Virus record (IMG/VR): IMGVR_UViG_3300042363_000641
Span: 1 to 31,944 of that record
Length of the DNA: 31,944 nucleotides
Strand: one strand, 5' to 3'
From: a virus
Taxonomy: Duplodnaviria; Caudoviricetes
Below, in pieces: positions 27,241 through 31,944 of this stretch. A program made the position numbers and the translations under genes. Under the pieces are notes generated by a model. The model searched no databases. It was not told where the DNA came from and worked only from the letters and a program-made list of their open reading frames with translations. The first letter of the stretch is position 1. Each line of letters begins with the position of its first letter.

Positions 27241-27396
27241 TCAGCACCTGATGCGACGGTGACGACGCTATGCGGACGTTATCTCTTCAGCTTGTCTCCT
27301 ACTGCAAAACAGAAGGCGGCAGCTTTCAACTCCGGTTCCTTCGCTTTCGGACTATTACTCTTCTTTCGTAGAATCAACACAATAATGCAGACAACA

Positions 27397-27993
27397 ATGA
27401 ACTCAACGGACCAAGAGGTGAAACTAAAAGGCAATTATAATAAACAAGTTGAGCGACGATTTGGTCTTTTACATGAAGCGGTAGAAGTTGACGTGAGCAG
27501 CAAAACCGGGCTCCGGTGGAAAACGCGGCCTCGCCACCATTTTATGACGAATAACGCATGGGCGGTGTGGAATGCGAAGTATCCCGGAACAACAGCCGGG
27601 ACAATCGTAGTTGCTGGATGCAAGAAATATTGGGCTTTGAGAATTTCGCGCGTTTCCTACTTGGCGCATCGGGTTATTTATTTTCTCGCACATGGAATTT
27701 ATCCTGGAAGTTTGCAAATTGACCACCGGGACGGAAATGGCCTTAATAATAATCTGGATAATTTAAGATTAGCAACAAGCCAAGAAAACAATAGAAACAA
27801 AACAAAACAAAAGAACAACACATCTGGTCATACCGGGGTTTGGTGGTCTAAAAGAACACTGAAATGGAGAGTTCGCCTTTGCGCTGATGGTCGTCGTTTG
27901 AATCTTGGTTCTTTTTCTGACGCAGAAGAAGCCGCCATTGTTTATCAAGCCGCCGCCCGGGAACACTTTGGCGAGTTCTACCGTCCTTCCTGA
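27397..27993 (+). CDS. HNH endonuclease with C-terminal AP2-like DNA-binding domain
   Basis: YLAHRVIY...IDHRDGNGLNNNLDNLRLATSQENNRN (HNH_3 type), then NTSGHTGVWW...KWRV...LGSFSDAEEAA..Y..AAREHFGEF (AP2). Start 27397 (MNS, as in the paralog) or 27385. The TTG at 27226 is unlikely. Confidence 0.92.
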   Translation: MNSTDQEVKLKGNYNKQVERRFGLLHEAVEVDVSSKTGLRWKTRPRHHFMTNNAWAVWNAKYPGTTAGTIVVAGCKKYWALRISRVSYLAHRVIYFLAHGIYPGSLQIDHRDGNGLNNNLDNLRLATSQENNRNKTKQKNNTSGHTGVWWSKRTLKWRVRLCADGRRLNLGSFSDAEEAAIVYQAAAREHFGEFYRPS

Positions 27994-28613
27994 TACGTTC
28001 TTACGTATTTGAAATAAACAGAACAAGCATAAACTGCACGATATATGAACTCGGTAAAATGCAAAGAAACAAAGGAACTTCCAGTAAACGCAATCCGCGA
28101 ATCACTGGAGCTGGATCTATCCAGCAAAAGTGGGCTGCGGTGGAAATTCAGGCCGTGGCACCACTTCAAGACGGAGTCGTCGTGGAAAATGTGGAACACC
28201 CGGTTTTCAGGCAAACCCGCAGGACGGGTAGTTGTCTGCAACGGCAAGCGTTACTTTTCCCTGTGCTTAAATTACAGGGAGTATCTGGCGCACCGGATTG
28301 TTTTTGCTGCCGCTAATGGGCTTGATCTTTTGAGTTCAAATGTAGATCACATCGACGGGAACGGACTAAACAACGATCCAGCGAACCTGCGGCTTGCGAC
28401 GGTAGCAGAAAACGGGCGGAATCGCGGCGCTCAGCGCAACAACACCAGCGGGAAGAAGGGCGTGAGTTTTGAAAAAAGAGTCGGAAGATGGCGGGCAAGT
28501 GTGCAGGTTTCCGGAAAACATGTTCACATCGGTCACTACGACAACCTCGACGAAGCCTCTGCCGCATACGAAGCCTCTGCCCGCAAACACTTTGGCGAGT
28601 TCTACCGTCCTTC
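27962..28613 (+). repeat. 28-bp perfect direct repeat AACACTTTGGCGAGTTCTACCGTCCTTC at the 3' ends of both HNH genes
   Basis: Copies at 27962-27989 and 28586-28613. Confidence 0.9.
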
Positions 28614-28617
28614 GTGA
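28045..28617 (+). CDS. HNH endonuclease with C-terminal AP2-like domain (tandem paralog)
   Basis: YLAHRIVF...VDHIDGNGLNNDPANLRLATVAENGRN; NTSGKKGVSF...RWRA...IGHYDNLDEASAAY...HFGEF. Confidence 0.93.
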   Translation: MNSVKCKETKELPVNAIRESLELDLSSKSGLRWKFRPWHHFKTESSWKMWNTRFSGKPAGRVVVCNGKRYFSLCLNYREYLAHRIVFAAANGLDLLSSNVDHIDGNGLNNDPANLRLATVAENGRNRGAQRNNTSGKKGVSFEKRVGRWRASVQVSGKHVHIGHYDNLDEASAAYEASARKHFGEFYRPS

Positions 28618-28650
28618 CAGCCAAAAAACCGCAACCCTTACTTAAAACCA

Positions 28651-28965
28651 ATGGACACAAAATCAATTTCAGATGAGGCTTTGGTGAATCTGCCGCCTTG
28701 TTCGTTTTCATCCGAAGAGATGCAGCAAATCAGGGATGCTTTATGGAAGGCTCGCTGCGACATCTGGCAAACCGCCCGTGTTGCCGAATACAATCTGACA
28801 GGCAAAGATCCGAGCTTTCCGAGCGATTCTGCGGATGTAGCCCCAAATCCACCAAGACTGATTCACCGTGCAGGATTGGATGCGTCGTATGCTGTTTTTG
28901 AAGAAGTCTGCGCGGCCCTTAAGATGCTGCATCATAAAATACAAACTCCGTCATTGCGTATTTGA
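28651..28965 (+). CDS. Hypothetical protein
   Basis: 104 aa, A-rich upstream context (TTAAAACCA-ATG), co-oriented in the operon. Confidence 0.6.
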   Translation: MDTKSISDEALVNLPPCSFSSEEMQQIRDALWKARCDIWQTARVAEYNLTGKDPSFPSDSADVAPNPPRLIHRAGLDASYAVFEEVCAALKMLHHKIQTPSLRI

Positions 28966-28995
28966 ACTCAACTAAACAAGGCTGTACTGCTGAAC

Positions 28996-29226
28996 ATGAG
29001 CAAAACAAACACACTACCGAAGATTGAAAAAGGCATTCCGATGCCGGAACCGATCAAGAAAAACAACAACGTGAAAGCAATCTTGGATGCGATGGGGATT
29101 GGCGATTCTGTCCTTGTTTCAAAAAAGCAATGCAACTCACTTCGCGCTATTGCCTGGATCAACAAAATCAAGGTCGCCACCCGCAAGGTGTCCGAAACCG
29201 AAATGCGAGTCTGGAGGATTGCGTGA
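28996..29226 (+). CDS. Small basic phage protein, probable DNA-binding
   Basis: IEKGIPMP...MGIGDSVLV...RVWRI pattern of a widespread phage small-protein family. Confidence 0.75.
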   Translation: MSKTNTLPKIEKGIPMPEPIKKNNNVKAILDAMGIGDSVLVSKKQCNSLRAIAWINKIKVATRKVSETEMRVWRIA

Positions 29227-29405
29227 GCATTGAACAACTCACGCAGGATTGGCTGTGGGATGCGCAGGTTTTGCGAGATGGCTTGTGGTTGTCGTTCAAC
29301 GAAACACCATTTGAATCTTACATCGACGCCGAGGAGGAGATTGACGTTGCGGTGAAATTTTCAACAAAAGCAACAGCATTCAGAATTATCCCGGTGCTGC
29401 CATGA
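29223..29405 (+). CDS. Hypothetical protein (60 aa, GTG start)
   Basis: GTGA overlap with the upstream stop and ATGA overlap with the downstream gene. Same frame as track ORF 29130..29405. Confidence 0.55.
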   Translation: MSIEQLTQDWLWDAQVLRDGLWLSFNETPFESYIDAEEEIDVAVKFSTKATAFRIIPVLP

Positions 29406-29788
29406 AAACGGTTCAGATTTGCCTAAAGGCAGGCGATAAGCCATACGAACTGCAAGGCGATGTGTGTGGAGATGAAACCTGCAACAAATGCGGGCAATCA
29501 ATCTGGGCTGCGGATTTTGATAAAAACCACAGGAACGGATACAAATCCGACCGCAATCAAAATGCAAGACTGCACTCAGATGTCGTTCGTTTGAAAACGC
29601 TTTGCACTGGATGCTGTAAGCTAATTGACTGCCATTGGCCTAAGCAGATGACATTCGCAGGAAGCCCATGTTCCCCGCAAGAATACATGGCGAAAACACT
29701 TCAGTCGAAAAATGTCGGAATTTACTGCGATGACTGCATGGAGAGCATGCCGGATGTGAAACTGGAAGATATCCGCTTTGAATCATGA
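29402..29788 (+). CDS. Cys-rich hypothetical protein (possible Zn-binding)
   Basis: CNKCG, CTGCC and CDDC motifs; coupled overlaps at both ends. Confidence 0.65.
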   Translation: MKTVQICLKAGDKPYELQGDVCGDETCNKCGQSIWAADFDKNHRNGYKSDRNQNARLHSDVVRLKTLCTGCCKLIDCHWPKQMTFAGSPCSPQEYMAKTLQSKNVGIYCDDCMESMPDVKLEDIRFES

Positions 29789-30111
29789 AACACACGTACA
29801 CCATCGAAACCCTGTTTGGCGACAAATGGATGCCGCTCATCAAAGGAGAGTATCTGCAATACTGCCTCGGCTGGCTGGATCACGCGCAGGATGAAGCGCC
29901 GCGCCCTGCGTATCGGCTCGTCCGATCCGACGGGAGAATCCACAAGCTGCTGACGGAACGCGAGGATGTCTGCATTGGCATGGTCGCTGGATTCCCAACG
30001 GCTGAGCAATACGAGGCGGCGGCGCAGAGGGCGCTGGACAAGGCGGCTGCGATCCGGGAAAACGAGAAGCGGCAACTGGAGCGAGACGCGGCGAGGAGGG
30101 CGCAGCAATGA
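29785..30111 (+). CDS. Hypothetical protein
   Basis: 108 aa with ATGA overlaps on both sides and a C-terminal helical tail. Confidence 0.7.
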   Translation: MKHTYTIETLFGDKWMPLIKGEYLQYCLGWLDHAQDEAPRPAYRLVRSDGRIHKLLTEREDVCIGMVAGFPTAEQYEAAAQRALDKAAAIRENEKRQLERDAARRAQQ

Positions 30112-30377
30112 ACGATCCTTGGAGAACCATGGACTCCGCACCAAAGGACGGCACACCGTTCGTCTGGATGCACTGGGTCACGGTTCTGTCTACTCCCGTG
30201 ACGTACAAAGCCTATGCTGAAGTTGTTCGCCGAGTCTGGTGGGGGGAAGAAAAGAAAGGGGATGGGTTCTGGATGGGGCAGTCCATCAGTCGCTCAGAAG
30301 ATGAGCTGAAATACGGATGGTGGATGCCTGCCGCCCCGTTGCCGGATGATGAGAATCAAGAGATCGAAAAGCCATGA
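30108..30377 (+). CDS. DUF551-like small phage protein
   Basis: N-terminal WRTMDSAPKDGT and C-terminal WWMP..PLP motifs. Confidence 0.7.
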   Translation: MNDPWRTMDSAPKDGTPFVWMHWVTVLSTPVTYKAYAEVVRRVWWGEEKKGDGFWMGQSISRSEDELKYGWWMPAAPLPDDENQEIEKP

Positions 30378-30763
30378 AACGAAAAAGCAGACGCAAAGAC
30401 CTGACGCAGATTGACCCAGCAAGCGTAGTCGGAGACATCCGCCAGATGCTGAAGTTCTTCCGACTGAGCCGAAACACGCAAGGGAAAACCAAACTGCCGC
30501 TGACTCAGTGGGAAATCGCAAAGCTGATGGGCTGCACCGATGGAGTCATCAGCAAGATCGAACACGGAGATCCGATAGACGCGAAGTACCTGCGCCAATA
30601 CTGGGTAGCGCTTGGCTTCCGATTTGACCAGTTGATTGAACGGTCGGACGGGTGGACTATATCGGATGAATTGTTCTTCAAAGTCGTCAACAAGCGAGGG
30701 CTCGTCGCAGACAAAGCCGTCCGGAACGTCGGCAAAAGGCTTTTATCAGCCTATGCGGCCTAA
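30374..30763 (+). CDS. XRE/Cro-family helix-turn-helix regulator
   Basis: LTQWEIAKLMGCTDGVISKIEHG matches the XRE HTH pattern. Confidence 0.8.
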   Translation: MKRKSRRKDLTQIDPASVVGDIRQMLKFFRLSRNTQGKTKLPLTQWEIAKLMGCTDGVISKIEHGDPIDAKYLRQYWVALGFRFDQLIERSDGWTISDELFFKVVNKRGLVADKAVRNVGKRLLSAYAA

Positions 30764-30866
30764 GTATGACGAGCTGTATACGCCAGAAGGTTGGTGCCCC
30801 CGGTGCTGGCATCGCAGAGGCAGGGCGCTGGCGAAAGGAAAGTGCAGGTGTGTCACGGGTCCATGA
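30753..30866 (+). CDS. Possible 37-aa Cys-rich microprotein
   Basis: MRPKYDELYTPEGWCPRCWHRRGRALAKGKCRCVTGP. Fills the gap between the HTH gene and the endolysin. Confidence 0.4.
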   Translation: MRPKYDELYTPEGWCPRCWHRRGRALAKGKCRCVTGP

Positions 30867-31491
30867 GGCGCACGAAGAACCGGGCTTCCTTCCGATCCCG
30901 CTGTTTGAGCCAGACGCCGTCACCCTCCCGGCTCCCGGACGCCGAGGTATTACCTTCCACCGTACTGACAATGTTTGCCGAGTCGCTTATTACGAATCCG
31001 ATATGACTGGTGTCAAAAATCATCAGATCACCCAAACGAAGTCGTTGACGGGGTCTTCCAGCCAAGCGATCCTGCTTTTCGTTGATGATGAAAATCTGCT
31101 GGTTCGCTGCAAGGGTTTGTGCTTGGACGCTGGATGGTGATGGTTTGTAGCTCGGATTCTCCCGTAGCTTCAGTTCTTTTTCGGCAGCAACCTGACGACC
31201 CCGAGCCCAAGTCGCCCAAGCGAAAGCGCCAGCAGTCTTTCCCCGCCAGCGTTCCGCCATGTCCGGCGTGAGCTTGAGTTGAGCCAGCACTTCTTTGTCT
31301 TTTAGCCATTCCTTTATGCAGTACGCCACAAATGCGGCGCAGTACGGAAATTTTAGTTGATGCCCATTCGGAATATCCGTAGCTGGCCAATACTTCGCAA
31401 TGAACGGCGCTCTATTGTGGCTGATCTCGACTTTCCCGACATCACGTTTGGCGATGTCAACGAGTCTCTGGCGTAGGTGTAGGGTGCTCAT
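30853..31491 (-). CDS. CHAP-domain endolysin (cysteine amidase/peptidase)
   Basis: PYCAAFVAYC (catalytic Cys), GDLMIFDTSHIGFV (His) and TVEGNT...REGDGV are the hallmark CHAP motifs. Confidence 0.88.
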   Translation of the reverse strand: MSTLHLRQRLVDIAKRDVGKVEISHNRAPFIAKYWPATDIPNGHQLKFPYCAAFVAYCIKEWLKDKEVLAQLKLTPDMAERWRGKTAGAFAWATWARGRQVAAEKELKLRENPSYKPSPSSVQAQTLAANQQIFIINEKQDRLAGRPRQRLRLGDLMIFDTSHIGFVISDSANIVSTVEGNTSASGSREGDGVWLKQRDRKEARFFVRLMDP

Positions 31492-31494
31492 AAT

Positions 31495-31893
31495 TCAATT
31501 ATCCGCATTTCCCGGCGCAAGCATCTCCCGTGGCGGCAGCATCTCATCGACGATCTCTTGTACGCTCGCGATCACACCTTGGTTGTCCGTCATCTGCTCC
31601 ACGACCTCGACTCCGGTCCTGCGGAACAGGTCGTATGCCAGCACGGAGGCTTGCCCGATGCGCTTCAGAGTAAAATTCAGGTAGTCCTCACCGGGCATCT
31701 TGCCAGCAGAAGCAGGTATTCCGCAGAGCGAGATCCCCTCGTCGTCCTGCTCGCCCTCCACATCCGGCAGTCCGGCGATTGCGATGACGAACGCGGCGTG
31801 CCCGATTTCTCTCATCTGGTTGACGTATGATTTAGTGAGGTCTTCTGCCGATGGAATCATCCGAATGAATACGCGACCACGTAGATTTTGCAA
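31495..31893 (-). CDS. Hypothetical protein
   Basis: 132 aa (alternative start MIPS at 31860), 3 bp upstream of the endolysin on the same strand. Confidence 0.6.
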   Translation of the reverse strand: MQNLRGRVFIRMIPSAEDLTKSYVNQMREIGHAAFVIAIAGLPDVEGEQDDEGISLCGIPASAGKMPGEDYLNFTLKRIGQASVLAYDLFRRTGVEVVEQMTDNQGVIASVQEIVDEMLPPREMLAPGNADN

Positions 31894-31944
31894 ACACGCG
31901 ATTGCGTATTTGTCCAGCCAGCCGTGTGCGATAAAATGAAGAAT

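Larger units (their letters stand above)
1..31944. mobile_element. Tailed bacteriophage genome segment (podovirus-like morphogenesis arm plus accessory/lysis genes)
   Basis: Co-oriented TerL-portal-scaffold-MCP-tail-internal virion genes, HNH-AP2 endonucleases and a CHAP endolysin. No housekeeping genes, integrase or att site seen. Confidence 0.95.

Noticed and set aside
27340-27365. Minus-strand GAGTAATAGTCC resembling a group I intron S element, next to HNH genes
   Set aside because: No matching R/P7 partner or interrupted host gene found, and the HNH genes would be antisense to it.
27226-27384. 53-aa N-terminal extension of the first HNH ORF from a TTG start
   Set aside because: The paralog begins at the equivalent MNS, an A-rich initiation context lies just before 27385/27397, and the extension overlaps the structured region.
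26742-27384. CRISPR array, tRNA or IscB/HEARO system in the non-coding region
   Set aside because: No repeat-spacer periodicity and no tRNA cloverleaf or T-loop. The HNH proteins have AP2 domains and lack the RuvC/PLMP features of IscB.
1-31944. Stop-codon reassignment
   Set aside because: Genes tile the window densely in the standard code. The apparent 7-kb gap in the ORF track is explained by an ORF running off the edge.

Overview
The window is part of a tailed dsDNA phage genome with podovirus-like architecture: no sheath, tube or tape-measure gene, but a cluster of internal/ejection proteins. No host genes or integrase are visible. About 26.7 kb on the minus strand is one morphogenesis arm: putative capsid decoration protein, terminase large subunit, portal, small protein, scaffold, major capsid protein, paired small virion proteins, tail fibre/LamG modules, a holin-like protein, tail proteins, adaptor, two ejection-type proteins, and a giant ORF of at least 2452 aa. 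That ORF starts at 7358, runs off the left edge and is missing from the supplied ORF track. It carries two HExxH zincin domains, an ADP-ribosyltransferase-like module and other modules; its C-terminal modules are bounded by a recurring S-[RL]-A-R-G motif. A ~640-bp non-coding region (26742-27384) holds divergent promoters, two hairpins with mutually complementary loops and a densely base-paired ~300-nt putative RNA. It is followed by two tandem HNH-AP2 endonuclease genes with an identical 28-bp 3' end, small accessory genes, an XRE regulator and a convergent CHAP endolysin. All family calls are by-eye motif recognition; no database search was run.
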